From NCBI GenBank assembly GCA_951804945.1, contig OX638162.1, positions 30,070,001-30,134,000 of the forward strand: a stretch of DNA of 64,000 nucleotides, written 5' to 3'. Positions 48,292 to 62,067 of this stretch are shown in pieces (within the stretch, counting starts at the first letter, position 1; each line of letters starts with the position of its first letter). The notes beneath the pieces are model-generated. The model was not told the DNA's origin. It worked only from the letters and a program-made list of their open reading frames with translations, and searched no databases. Origin of the DNA: Podarcis cretensis. Its lineage: Eukaryota. The position numbers were made by a program, and so were the translations under genes.

Positions 48292-51200
48292 CTATTCTAA
48301 TCCCACACTGTAGAGAAAGAAGGGGCAGTTAATTAGAGGAAGGGCTGTGTGGCTGCAGCAGGGAGAAGGGTTGTGTAAATTGGGCACAGTAGCCAAAACT
48401 GCATGATGTTAGAGATGCACACACAACCAATTTCATATTATTTACAGACCACAGTGTGCAAAGTTTGAATTGCATTTTTTAACATTGCACACAGCTGGTT
48501 ATAAATACATTTATATCCCACCTTCTAGGTCCCAAAACAGAAACAGCGGAAAGTCTAGATTATGCCTAATCATCACATCCCTCTCACCAGCAGCTCTCAA
48601 ATAGGCTTAAGACCTTGTGTGTTTCTGGTTAGTAACAGGCCTGTGTAATTAAAGATTCCCAGTCCTTGGGAAACCTTAAGCCCTAGAAGGCAAGGAAACC
48701 CAGGCTAAGGATGGCTGTAGAAGAGTCCACATTCAGGCAGAGCCCCCCACCTCCCACCACCAGCAGGAATATAACTAAAGGGGCTTGTGTGGTTTCCTGG
48801 CACTTGCCAAGGCCTACCTGCCCAAGGTGCCTCCAGCCTGGGTATAGTATTTGTTGTAGTCAAGACGTAACAGCAACTGAGCCAAGTCTGAATTGATCTG
48901 GTGATTGTGAACACTGGAGAGGATCTTGAAAAGGAGTGAAGACTGACAGCTGAAGCCCTGCAAAGGTAAACGGCACCCATGAGCCATAAATTGAGGGCTC
49001 TGCCTTAGCAGAAAGGGCTGAACAGAGATGACTAGAAGGCCACTCGAACCCATATGGGGAGGAAGCATCCCAGGCAGCTGCCCCACCTCATCGCTCACCC
49101 TTTGGGAACTGCTGTCCTGGAGGAGGAAAGGCCCCAGCTGTTGCTGCCAGTATGCCACAAGGGCCTGACCAAGGCTGTTTCTGATGAGCTTCATGGAAGA
49201 GCAATGGCCAGACGTCTTGTGTTCCTACCCCCACCCCATGCTGAATTCATCAGAGAGCTGCCTGCTCTGAGTTTCCAACATGCTTCCACAGGAGAGATGC
49301 CCCCAAAGCTTTGGGCGATGTTTTTCAGGTAGAAAAGTGCAAGGCGCACCTTGGCCAGGATGCTCAACTGGGCCGTCCCCCGCTCATCCAGTGGTCCCCG
49401 GTTCTGGCTGACAAGTGAGCAGAAGCTATGGCATAGATCCAGTATTTCATTCAGACAGTGGAAAGCCTGCAAAACCAAAGAGCAGAAAGGAGATGGAGGG
49501 CCTCACCAGAGCAGAAGCTTCTCGTCTTGCCCTTCCGCAGGCTGAGATAATGACAGGATTCAGCAGGATTATTGGACTGGTTTACTCAAACTATTTCACT
49601 TCTTTCTTAGTAGAGCAATTCTTAAGGTCTAATGGAGCTGAGGCAAACAAACAAAACAAAAATCTTCATACACTGCACAGCAGCTACCAAAGCCCGAAAT
49701 TTCTGTTCAAGCATCATAAGCTGCTCTAAACATGAGTTTCCAAGACCAATGAACATACTTTGATAGGCTTCTCCAGATTGCCAAATGCTACCAAGTCACC
49801 AGGAAGACACTCCCCCCCAAAAACACATGATGAAGGCAAACTGACACAGTTGCAGTTCATTTATTTTCTATCCTGCTTTTCTGTACAGACCTGTACCTCA
49901 CTATTCACTTTAGCAGGTAAGGGCTTTGGTTGTGCTCATGGCCAAGCAACACAGCCATGTTCACAAGGGTCTGGGTTTTGCTTTAGTTCCTTCTTGCCGT
50001 GTTTGCATTGAAGTGAGCTAGGAGTGCTGTACTGGATGGGCATTTGGACTGTTCGAACAGGACCAATTCTTCTCCTGGGGACACAAGGCAAACAAACTAT
50101 GGGGATCACTCACTGGTTTCAGCAGAATGAAGGACTGTGCTAGGAGATTGCTCAAGAAGTGATCATGTGCCAGTCGAATGCTCTCAAAGTCACGGGTGGA
50201 GTTGATCTGCTGCAGAAGTTGGGAGAACTGAGACTCCAGAACATCCACCTGAGGATACGGAAAAGTGAGGGAGAAGATACTGCCTGCTGTTTCCAGTCAT
50301 TACTAGCCACCAATTTTTGGTGGGAAATTTAGGGTATCGCTGGGAGAACTGGCTGGTGTATATCGCCTGGAGGAGTAGCACCGAAGCCTCAGAGTTAGCC
50401 CCTGAGACCTGTGTTGCTGCTCACCTGCAGGTAGTACTGCAGATTGTCTACAAGGAATGTCATGTGATGGCGCAGTTGCCACTTGATGGCATCTGTCCTG
50501 TTGGATTCCAAGCGCTTGCACCACATCTGTAGAGCCCAGCAGTGCTGCAGTTCAGCCTGGACTCGACGCACACTTAGCAGGTACTTGAAGACCACATTGT
50601 ACCTGCAAGCCAAGAGGAAGGCAAGCAAAAGATAGCTGGGTCAGACCAGGCCAGCATCTCCTCCTCCCACCCAGGAAATGTGTGCTCTGCTACAATCAAC
50701 CTTTGACACCAAAATGCCACAGAATCCACCTGGAAACAGAAACAGGGATAAAGCGGCCCTCACTTTTCCAGGACGGCAGGAGTAAAGAGGATATGCAGGG
50801 GCCACTGCACTCTGTAGGAGAGCCCCAGAGCAGCCCAGCCTGATGCGGGGGATTCATGGGGAGACAGTTCCCGAGAAGGCGTATCTCGAGCTTGAGCGGC
50901 ATCTGAAAAGGAAGCCAGGAGGCAGGTGGGCAACAATATGGCTGCAATCCTTGCTGGACCCCACCCTCCTTCCCTGCCACCCTCCTCCTCATTTTATCAA
51001 TGGGCAGCCAATGCAGATGAGAGACTTGCTCCAGGCCACCCAGGGGGTTAATGAGACTGGCCTTGGCTTTGAACTCCCAGCTTCCCAGACCTAGGGCTGC
51101 CATTCTGCCTCTATGGAACCAAATTGGCTTTGTGGCTCTGTGCTTGCAGTTGTGGTGGGGCCTAAACCTGCCCTGCTCAGGGCTGCTTGGCTCCCTGGCA

Positions 51201-54200
51201 CCAGCACCCACCTCGGTGCTCCTTTCCATAATAGTGGATGGTCAGGTGAAGAAGAGGAAGCAGGTTGTCATCGTCAAGCAGCACTTTGTGGGCAGATTGC
51301 TGGAAGGCCACATTCACATCTGAGGAGGAGAGCCAGACCAGAATGACTTACTCCAGACGAGCGCACAGTGAGCAAGGAAGACACAGTCACCTGTTTCCAC
51401 TCTCCCACCCCCATGCCCTTTTCAGTTTGTGCCACAACAGTTTACAGAGCCAAACTGTGCCTATGCAGGAGCCAAGAGTTTTGGTAGAAAGGCTTGGGAA
51501 GCAGGTAAGTATCTGAGTAGAGTTGTCGGTCTGATCCACCAATCTCACCATCTCAGCCTAACGGAGAAGCCAGATCCCATGAAACTCACCATGTTCTGTC
51601 ACTGCGGTGGGAGGGGTCTTCAGCATCTGCTGTGCGGTGTCAATGAAGGCCTGAAACAGTTCTCCTCTCCCCAAGAGATAAAAATCTTTAATAATCTAGA
51701 AAGGAGGAGAGAATGACTAAATGCATCAGGATACAGAACCCATGGGCCCGACAACTCTACTGGCAGGAGTGGGTCTCCTCCTGCACAAAGAGAGAGGATC
51801 AGCTTTGGAAGCTCCATATGGAGGTTTGCATGTACCTTCAGTTGTCCTATTAAATCTGATTCTTCCACCATGAGCTTCCACAAGTGCTAAGGGAGAGAAA
51901 ACAGTCCATCAGCATCAAGAACCAGGGATTCTCAGCAGCAGCAGCTGCTGTGAGCACCTTCCACCCTACTGCAGCCAGGACTTGATCTGTTTGCTTTGAG
52001 TGACAGAGACTACTTGCCCATTGCTGGGCAGGCTCTCCATGCTCTATATGGCAGGACTGACAAACAGCTGGTATATGGGATATTGTAACAGTTGAGGCTT
52101 TTTAAAAGCTTAATTATTGTGCAAGGTGCATTAGCAAAAGACAAGTGTTAATTCTGGATCCCCGCCTGTCACCCCTCCCCCCACACCAATTAGACTTTTG
52201 AAAAGCAGGAGAGAGGGCTAATATCACCCCCACCCCACTTTGATCTGCCATTAAAATCAAATCTCCCACACAGAGATTAGGCTTTATTAAAGCTTTTATT
52301 GTTGCTAATGGGAGCTTTTAACATAGTGAGGCTTTCTTGAGAGGGGAGAGAATTCACTAAATGGATGCTGGTGGTGGTGATAGGGCTGCTCTGGCCTGGC
52401 CTGGTCCTTTTGACTCCATCCCTGCCACTTTCCCAGCATGTAATCCCAAGAAGGAATGTGGCCCTCAGCCTGAAAAAGGTTTTCCAGCAAGCTCTGGCCG
52501 AGGGGTTTGCAAACGGCTCCCTGCTGCTACTGCACAAAGAACTTAGCACATGCAACTCTAGAGCTACGGCTGACCTCCGCCACAGTGCTCCGTATCCAGT
52601 CCACCACTGTCTCAAAGTCCACCAGGTTGAAGAGAGGCTGCTGTTTGAGGCGATGCAGCTCAGCCGCAAAGGTGTCCTCCTGGTTCTTCAGGATGGAGCC
52701 TGTGAGGCAACGGAAGGCAAGGAAGAGTGGCCTAACCTGGACACAAGATGCCAGTCATGGCCTCTATCAGCAGAGCTTTGCAGAGGACAAAGGCTGTTCA
52801 AGGCTGCACGAAGATCCAGCTTGGAAAAGTGGAGGAGAGGAAAAGGGGAAATTGCTCTCCCACTTTTTCAAGCGAGTTCTTGAATAGGTCAGAATTTAAT
52901 ACTGGAGAGTGTTTGAATTGTAAGAATTTGAAGCCTTTCAAGCTCCTGAAACACACTGAGCTTCAATGAAGTTTTGCATCTGTGAGCACCAGAGCCTGTT
53001 CTCCTTTTTGGTTTGTGGCTGACAGATGCCAACAACCCAAGCTTATATAGTAGACGACCAAGATGCTTCAAATATTTTAAACAGATGGAAATGGAAAACA
53101 GCTTCACTCCAGCCCACTGAGGACTGTGCAGTGCATCTGATGGCAGCAGATGCAACTACAATTTGGGAAACCGGTAACAAAACAGACAATGGAGGTGGGC
53201 TGAGGACGGTCTGCCTTTGTTTTCTCCTGGAAACAGCTGGCTGGTATTAAGTCAGAAAACCTCTTGCTGTTCCAAAGTGGCCTTCCTGAGAGGAGGGCAC
53301 TGTGGCTCCAAAATATTTTCAGTGCTTCCCAGTTGTTCTGTATTAAGTACAAATACCAGAGCTAGGAGGAAGCAGGTCCTACACACACACACACACAGCA
53401 GCCATCAGAAAGCAGCCTGAGAGCTAGACCCAGCAGGAAGAAATTTTAATTCACTGTAAACATTAAAGGCACCTCCTTGGGGGCTGTATTGGTGAGGCAA
53501 AGCACCAACAGGGCCTCACTTTTTCTTTTCTTTTTACCAAAAGCTATGGAGCCACCATAGTAGGGACACAGGTGGCATTGTGGACTAAACTACTGAGCCT
53601 AGGGCTTGCCAATCAGAAGGTCAGCGGTTCGAATCCCCGCAACGGGGTGAGCTCCCATTGCTCGGTCCCAGCTCCTGCCAACCTAGTAGTTCAAAAGCAC
53701 ATCAAAGTGCAAGTAGATAAATAGGTACCGCTCCGGCAGGAAGCTAAATGGTGTTTCCGTGTGCTGCTCTGGTTTCGCCAGAAGCGGCTTAGTCATGTTG
53801 GCCACATGACCTGGAAAACCTGTCTGCGGACAAACATCGTCTCCCTCGGCCAGTAAAGCGAAATGACCGCCGTAACCCCAGAGCCATTCGCGACTGGACT
53901 TGGGGTCCTTTACCTTTACGGAGCCACCATACTCTACCCCAAGGAAAGAGTGGCAGAGCAAGGGGGAGGGGTGGCTTGAGTGCTTTACAGGGAGGGTCCA
54001 TTCCATCTTGCGCAGACACCTAGTGAGGCATCCCAGCACTTCCCTGCTATGTCCCAGGGTGCCCTTATGAATGGACAGCCAAGAAACAACCACCCTGCAA
54101 CTTTCAATCCTTGCTGCCCCCATGCAGAATGAAATGAGGCAAAGTGTCTCCTACCTTTTTTGGTAAGGCTCACATTTTGACTCTCAAACATCTGGACAGA

Positions 54201-57200
54201 CTCTCCCACAAAAAGGATCTTCTCAGCAACTCGCACAGGGATGTAGGATGGCAGCATTTCAATCCGCAGAGAGAACTGCTTTGGGGATGGTGCCAACATG
54301 TTCTCCTCTTCAATCAGCCGCTGTTGGAAGGAGAGGTGAAAATGGGGGAAAGTCAAAGAACCCCACACACAAACGTGGGGGCTCCAAGTAGAAAGCTCCG
54401 CCCCCAATCCTGAGGACTGTCCATTGAAGGGTAGGTATGTGTTAAGACTTAGTTGGAACCACCAAGCTGTGTCAGCGGGGAGCGGAGCAGGCTTCTTGAT
54501 CCATGAAACAATGGCTGAGGAGTCAGAAAAGAATACTTGAGCTATCAAAAAATAAAGTTCTAGACCCAACTACAAAAAGATGACTGGAGGGGACTGAACA
54601 GGTTTCACAAGGCAAGAGAGCACCTGGCTTGATGGCTGAGCATCTGCTTTGCATGCAAGCAGCCTTGCATGTCCCCCCAACAACATCTCCATGTGGGACT
54701 GGGAGAAGCCTGTGAAGCCCTAGGGAGGGGCTGCTAGGCAGTGTGGACTATGCCAAGCTAGAGGGATTGGGTGGCGGATTCAGCTTCCTTTGTATCTAGC
54801 ACCCAAACCTCACCATGTCCTGCAGCTCTCGCAGCTGTTTCCCTGTCAGCCCTCCGATCCCCAGGTCCTCCTCCTCCTCTTCGGGCTGGGCAGGGACAGA
54901 CCCTGAGGAAGGGCCTTGCTTGATGAAGAACTCCTCATGTTGGTCCAGGAGCAGCCCATGCAGCATCCAGGCAGAGAGTTGCTTGTACATGGCAGCATGG
55001 CACATGGCCAAGACCCTGGAGTGGGGGCACAGCAGCAGAGGGAAGGGGGTTTTGACCAGGCTGCAGCCACAATGGAGCTGGTGCCATTGGTGGCTGGGGA
55101 CAGGGAAATAAGCACCATCCAAGGCAACAGTGGGACTTTAACTTATTCAGGGGACCCATAACCTGGCATTCCTCTTTAGCGCTTGGGCAGGAGCCTCCAG
55201 GAGGGTTTCTTACTTTTCCAAAGCACGGCGCACGGGTGGCAGGCCACCTCGGCTGTGTCTGTGAACCACCTCCAGGATTTGACAGCCATGAATCTGCAAA
55301 GGAAAAGCAGATCCCTTGCAAGAGCTGACGTTGCCATATGTTCCTACAACACTGGCTGGCAGCTGGATTATGGAAGGTCCAGAGAAGGTCCAGAGACCAG
55401 CTAGCCTAGATGGAGGAAGAGGAGCCCATCTTAAGCTCCTCATCCACATGCAGGCAGCATTTCCAGCTCCCTGCTCTACTTTTCTGCGGATGATGGTACC
55501 AGAACTCCTACTTCCCATTTTTCACCTCCACTGAGGTGAGAGAAATCAGCACCATCTCAGTTACACACAAGATTTGCCCTCTCTTTTCAAATCAAGCCAG
55601 GCAGGTGCCTATAAAAAGAGGGCCACCACCAAGGGAGATCAGGATTCTCAACTGTACCTTCTGGGTCTTTATTTGCTCCACCACAGTCATCAGTGAGGGG
55701 AAAAGGAGCTGGAACTGCAAAACAAGAATCAGCTGGTGAGGAATGATTTGCTAGTTTGAGACAAGGATGGGGAAAAAGAGAACAGAGTGTTGTACTTAAT
55801 GTGACAGACAAGATCTTTTTCTAATGTGGGTTGGGAATCCTTCTATGAACTGCTCCTCCCACTCACTGCAATAGGGAAGGCTATGCAGAACAGCCTGTGT
55901 GGGAAAGAGCCTTTCCTAATTTCAATGTCACATAGCAAAATGGAAGTATCTTCCTTCTTGCACAGGGGCTTCATTTGTGTGTGGCCTTCATGCTTTGTCC
56001 CCACCCCCACCCCTGCAGTTGGGGCTCCCCCCCCCCGATAGTCTACCTAAATAAGTAGACATCTACTAAGATGACCTCCCTAACTTCATTAATTCTTCAA
56101 GGAATGTTATTTGCCCCCTTTTAAGGTGCAGACACTGTACCTGCTGTGTAGGAGACACTTAAAGATAAAAGTGTCAGATTTCTCTTGCTTAGGACATCAG
56201 AAATTGGAACTGGCTGCCAAGATTCTACTCACAGAGATTCACTCTGCCAAGGTACGTTTCCTAAACCACACACAATTACTTGCACCACACTTTAGGTTTT
56301 TGCAAACTTTCCGCATGATCAGGATCATGTTCCTTAAGATAATGCCTGTGCAAGCCTTTTTCTTGAAACGAGAAAGGAAAGGCCTTCCATGTTGCCTATT
56401 GAACATCAGGCAAGAATGCAATAACTAACAAGGATCAACATCAATGCAGGCTATAAATGCAGTTCGGAAGACTAAGCTTCCCTTCAGACCCAAAGTACAT
56501 ATTAAATACTGCACAAAAGATGTGCCACCTTAATGAACCTGTTGGAAGAGGCATGTGGATTGCAGCCTTCTAGTTTCTCTGCGTGTCTACAGAGTTTCCT
56601 TGTGAAAAGCTCTGATGCTGCTGCCACCACCTGGGCTGGGTCCAGAATTTTGCTATTATCACTGAAAATGGGCATCTGCCTAAACTAATGTTACCTTTCA
56701 TGAGCAGGCCCTTTGCTCATAGGATGGGTACTCTAGCGAAAACTGAGCTTGGCTAGGCAGCCCCCTGTCCCACAAGAATGTGGTCTGATTAACCCCCTTG
56801 TCTTCCTTCAGTGCAGCCTGCAATGTAGAATAATTTTCAGTGGAAGGTAGCCAACAGGAGTTAAGAGTGATGCATACATAATCATCCCTAGGCAGCTCTC
56901 CTTTCTCTTTGGCGGGAAGAGAGACCCCTGTCAGGATCCAGCCTCTCCAAACTGACTAGTCCCTTAAGCAGGTGAATAAAGGTGCTCTGGTGGAAAGCTG
57001 GTAAGTGGCGCCTCAGATGGAGCCAGAGCTCTTGTATAAGACCCTCCATTCTCATATTCTAGTCACTCAGGATGATAAACCTTGTATCTCTATTTCCAAG
57101 CTTCCTGTGTCCCAAGAGCCTCTCTCTGAGAGACTCAAGAAAGTACTCACCCATTGCTCACACTGGCAGTTCACAGGATGTCCCTTAGGGCAGGAGGGCC

Positions 57201-60175
57201 CTTACAAAGATTGGGATAGCCAATGAATCAGACTGAGGGAAGGAAGAGAATCCTTGCCTTTATGGAGGTTGTGTCAAGGCTTGCTCCTGCCTCAGATTTT
57301 TTATTTATTCCACTGCAGGAAAAGGATCGGAGACAGGAAAGTGGCCGTGGAGCCCCATCCCTTGTGCTAGAGCTCCAGGGCTCAGCCAGACAAGAGCAAG
57401 AGCAGTTGAGGTCCTGCCCTTCAAAACAGACCTCCAGACCTTATTCAAGTCAGTGTGAACTAATACAGCTCACTTATATATACAAGCCTCTTTTCAGCAG
57501 GCAACCATGAAGAGAAGGCACCATTCAGAGAAGGCAGCTCCTCTAAAAGAAGAGAGGTATGGACAGGGAGAACTCACTTGATCCAGCGAATAATTGACAT
57601 GTGAGATGGTAAGGTGAGGATCGGCCAGGAACTGTAAAAAATGAAAGGTGGAGGTAAAGGTAAGAGACTGGAGTAAGTCTTTGTTTTGACTTGTTGTTTT
57701 GCAACCCCTAAGTTGCACAAGCAGGGAAGGAGCACTCCCTGGAGCTTTTTTAATATAGCAGTTATACGGATGGCACTGTTTTCTACAGAGATCCAACATA
57801 CATGGGTGGTATTAGCAATGCATGACACTGGCTGGCATGTCAAGAACTGTCTGTGTCCAGACCTTTTAGGTCAAAGCGGTGGGATAACAAAGCAAGGTTT
57901 ATTCAGTATATTCGTTACCTACACTGGCCTGTTGCCTTTAAATTACAAATTGGTAACCGCTGCTTTGAGGCATAATCTTTGGCTGTGGAGCCCTATGCCC
58001 GAAGCCAGGGAAAATACAGAAACTTGGTGCAGGTTGGCTTGTCAGGTAAGCACCTGCTGGGTCTGGAACCACCTCCAGGCTTAGCACCTGCTTCTGTGGG
58101 GAAGGGAGCCTCCTCCACCCTGAGCTTTCAATATTGCATTAAGCTCCTCATGCCCATTTTCTCAACTAGGCTTTTCTCACCTCCTCCTTCTGCTCCTTGC
58201 CTGCTCTTCTCCCCCAAAAAACCCCCATGTTGCTGCCTGTTTGGAAGATTCCTTCATCCTCTTCAACTGTGCTTTCCCTGCTCTTGCCTTCCAGGACTGT
58301 GCACCTGGGAACTCATGAGTTGGTGCTTTGGGCATCATGGTCAATGAGTTGCCCCAGCCCTGCACTCACTCTGGGCTCATTTTGGGTCTGTGGCTGCTGC
58401 CGACCCTTGACTTACACCCAGAGTACTAGGCTGGAACTGATTGGCTGCCAGTAACCAGATCCCCTGGGACGTTTTAGAGCTTGGTGTTAGAAATGCTGTC
58501 CTTTTATAGACATGTCTCTCTTTCCGTAACCCCCACCCCCACCCCCAAAGCTCAGGAGGTAGCTGCAACCAGTTCTTCTCTCTGAGCTTCAATTTTGCAA
58601 CTGGCTCAGATGGGTGGATGCCGTGACCCTGCTGCTTACCAGAAGAGAAGCCTGTCTTCTGTTGCTTCAAGGGGCCAACACCTCCTCTGTGGTTTAGCTG
58701 CTACAGAGCTACGCAGCCATAGTGCTGGAATTTAATGCTCATCAGCATTTTTGTCTGCATGGCTAATGATTTTGTCTCTGCTTATAATGAAGGACATCAT
58801 CAACAGATGCAATTTGATTGGTACTCTCTCTGCTAAGCAAGCAAGCAGTCATTTATGCTCTATTCTTGTACAATGTCTAGTTGTGGGGTGGCTTAGTGAA
58901 AAGGAGTCATGAATACAGATTAACAAACCACTATTAGTGGCAAAAACCTGCAGTTGGATTTGATGGGCAGAGCATCATGCAATATTTACTACAGAAACCC
59001 ACTGTGCCCTCCTTACCTCCTGCTCCAAGTCAAGCAGGGCCTGCCGATATGGACGCAGCACGGCATCAAGCCCAGTGCAGAAAGCCCGCAGATAAATCCC
59101 TTGCTGGGAGGGGTGCAGATCCTGAAAGTGGATCAAGGAAGGGTTAATCTCCTGACATGCATAAGGCCCTAGAACCACCTCTATTGCCATGAGTAGAAGT
59201 GACCCAAAGGCCATGGCAATGCAAACCCCCCCCCCCCCCGTCCCTGCATTGTTCTGGGACTGCATCCTGCCACAAAAGCCCTTGCACAGGAGGTGCAATT
59301 AGGAGAAGGGCTTGTTCAATAAATGCACACCTTGCTTTTCAAGAAAGCTCCTCTGTAAACATCACTGTTTTTTGACAGCAGTATTACAGTACAACGTTCT
59401 TCCATAAAAGCAGCCAAAACAATGAACACCCCCAAGGCTCAGCAATTGAAAAAAGAAAGCCAAGGGAAAAATAAACCCCGGAGGACCTCATGGACAGGGA
59501 TTTGGGGCCCTTCTGGGTAGTGAGGGGCAGGAGGGAGAGAGATGTGGAGGCGGCCGGCTGCAGCCCTTCATGTTCTGGCTCTTTTGGGCCTCGAGAATGG
59601 ACGGAGAGAAACAGCCTGTGAGGGAAAGGGCCGAGTCGCTTCCGCAGAGGGTCACTGCCCATAAACGGCCGGAGAAGGGACAGGCAAGCGGGCAAAAGTG
59701 GGAGCCTCGCTTGCCTACCTCTGCACATGCTCAGGGGACCGCTCACCTGCGGCTGCACGGGCAGGGCTGCCGCTGCTGAAGGGGCTGACGGGGCGCCGGG
59801 GGGAGGCTGCTGCTGCTGCCCGCCCTGCGAGGGGCCTCCTTGCGAGGGCGGCGGCTGGACGTGCTCGGCTGCGAACTGCTCGACGAAGTCGCTGAAGCGA
59901 ATGTAGAAGGCGCCGAGGCGGCAGACGCGGGCCAGGAGGGCGGCCTCGCTCGGGTGAAGGAAGGGCGGCAGCACCGGCTCCTGAGGCACCTGCGGGAGGG
60001 GAGGGCAACGAGAAGCCGGTTAGGGTGGGAGGCGGCGGCGGCGGCGGCCTGGGGCGCCTCTTCCCCAGGGGCCGGAGCGGGACGCCACCTGCAGGCAGAC
60101 GCTGCCGCCGCCTCCAACGGCGACGAAGAGGCCTCCGGTGTAGCCGCGCAGCGCCAACAGCAGCTCGTGGATCAT
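48292..60175 (-). CDS. TUBGCP4: Gamma-tubulin complex component 4 (GCP4), 18 exons, ~702 aa
   Basis: Exons (high-low): 60175-60089, 59989-59747, 59121-59017, 57631-57578, 55714-55658, 55293-55214, 55015-54814, 54320-54155, 52699-52575, 51886-51836, 51695-51590, 51319-51212, 50902-50764, 50602-50425, 50248-50114, 49466-49350, 48957-48818, 48307-48292. Starts MIHELLLAL; contains [46 protein letters not shown]. All introns GT-AG and in phase. The terminal mini-exon (SVGLE*) was chosen for its strong branch point and pyrimidine tract and is less certain. Confidence 0.96.
53563..53919 (+). mobile_element. Sauria SINE, full length, in a TUBGCP4 intron
   Basis: A-box head, B-box GGTTCGAATCC, ACCTTT tail, 12-bp TSD ggagccaccata (53548-53559, 53920-53931). 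Confidence 0.93.
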
Positions 60176-60660
60176 CGCGGCGGCCGGCGAAGAGCGAACG
60201 ACGGCGCCCCGCAAGGCCCGACGGGAAAAGGAGGGGGTGCGCGCGCCTACCGCCTCCGAGCGCATAGAGCTAGCAAAAGGTTGGGAAGGGCAGGCGGCCC
60301 TCACCGCGCGTGGCTCGTTGGCCGGGCACTTGCAAAGCTGAGCGGGACAGCGCTTCAAACCGCGAGGAAAGCGGTAGCGGAAGATCTGTGCGCGGCTTTG
60401 CAAAAAAACGAAACACGGGCGAGGAAGCCAATCGCAGCAGGCGCTGCAGGGAAGATTTGGGGGGGGGGGCGAGGCGGGAATGTGCTTTCAATGCACTGCT
60501 TGTACGTGTAGAGCTAGCAAAAGATAGCAGAGGCAGGAGGCTCTCGGCTGCGGGGCTGCGTTCAAACCGCCCGCGACTTTGGATGGAGGAGGGGCGGGTT
60601 TCAGAATGGAATTCGTAAGGTGCCCCGCGTGGGCGTAGCTAGGATTTGGGGGGCGGGGGG
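59540..60660. promoter_or_regulatory. TUBGCP4 CpG island/promoter
   Basis: Two CHR-like TTTGAA(-) at 60354-60359 and 60561-60566, CCAAT at 60428-60432, E2F-like ggcgggaa at 60473-60480. Confidence 0.8.
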
Positions 60661-61152
60661 AGCAGGACACTCACCTGTCATCATCCTCTGTCTGGCTCTG
60701 TCTAGCAGATTCGGAATTAAATGTCCCAACTACAGTTGTTTTAAATTACTTTCTTTGGCCCCCAAGTGTTCAGGAAAATCTCAAAATCTTCAGTCATTTG
60801 AAAACCAGAAAGTTAAATAAAATTAACATCAGGGAGTACCTTTCTTGCGGTTAACGAGTATATTTTGCAAAATTACAAAGAATTCGCTTTTTAGACACTA
60901 GAGCATTTACCACAGGTTCCAATAAGGCAGAATATTTGGCTAACAGAGCGGCAGCAAGGATGAATTGAGCTTTGGTAGCAGCAGAATCTAGCTGGAGTGT
61001 CCATTTCCTCGTGTTGCCATTTCCTTCTAGTGATAATCTCTCCAACCCTTCAATGATGCTCATAAAATGCTCTTTAAATTGCTCTTTGAAAACTGCAATA
61101 CTTTTAATTATTTGATTTGGGGGCAGCAGCTGCCCCCCTGCCTACACCCATG
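60628..61152 (-). mobile_element. Internally deleted hAT transposon with probable transposase remnant
   Basis: TIR cgtgggcgtag / ctacacccatg; TSD gtgccccg/gtgccacg (7/8). Minus-strand ORF 60851-61063 (IIEGLERLS...FILAAALLAKYSALLEPVVNAL) looks like a hAT transposase helical segment. Confidence 0.7.
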
Positions 61153-61524
61153 GTGCCACGAGGGGGGGCAGCAATGACATCCACAGCCACCGGTGAACTG
61201 CACGTGGCTATGTAAAAAAAAAGAAACACTTTCCAACCGCTTGACAGATATATGGGGGACTCCCATTAGTGGAGACACGATGTTGGGGGGGGGGCAGGCT
61301 TTTGTGTCCGGATTTTCACTTTTTGAAATATGGAAACTCTAGAGAGCTCTCAGTCGGAGAACGATGGTGGACTGGCTGCATTTGCAGGGTCATTTTAAAA
61401 ACGTTTGTAGCCTGAAATAATATATCCGGAGGTTTAAATCAGAACTAAGTTACAAAGAGGAGGGACTCTGATATTGGCTGCTACACGCGCATGTGTTAGT
61501 GTGTGTGTGAGAGAGATTGCTACC

Positions 61525-62014
61525 CAGCGCTTTTTTTCTGGGGAGATGCATACCCCTAAACATTTTGTGAATCTAAGTTTGGCCTCATTGAGGGGCAGTA
61601 TTTCAATATGAGTAGGAAAATGAGAGTACCCCTAAAAAAAACAAAAACAAAAAAACAATTTATTTAAGGTAGATAAGGACAAGATGAAATTATACAATAT
61701 AAATAGATAGTATTGTGAGTACTTATCTACTTTTAAAAATTTTCACTTATGATCTTTTTCTCTTACTTCTTTATTCTTTCTTTGTTCTTTTTTTCTGATA
61801 TCTTTCATTTCACTGCTTTATTGTGAATAGCATTTTATAGAGGTATAAATAACTGTAAATATGAAAAGAGACAAAATATTCTCTATTTTTTTTCCCCTTG
61901 GTTAGATGTATTTTCTTTTGTTGTGAATATGTATGTTTTCTAATTTGTACTTAATAAAAATATATTTTAAAAAAGAGAGTACCCCTAAACATTTTTTAAA
62001 GAAAAAAAGCACTG
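61525..62014. mobile_element. hAT-type MITE containing a nested retroposed insert (61637-61974)
   Basis: cagcgct...agcactg termini with perfect 8-bp TSD ttgctacc. Inner insert flanked by 15-bp TSD gagagtacccctaaa, with AATAAA (61953) and an A-rich tail. Confidence 0.85.
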
Positions 62015-62067
62015 TTGCTACCTAATAAAAAAAAATCTGAATTTTTCTTATGGTTTCCAGTTGGCGG

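Noticed and set aside
48572-48585. GGGATGTGA (GM*) as the TUBGCP4 last exon
   Set aside because: No in-phase AG acceptor or pyrimidine tract.
53563-53640. tRNA gene
   Set aside because: The A/B boxes belong to a SINE head; no cloverleaf.
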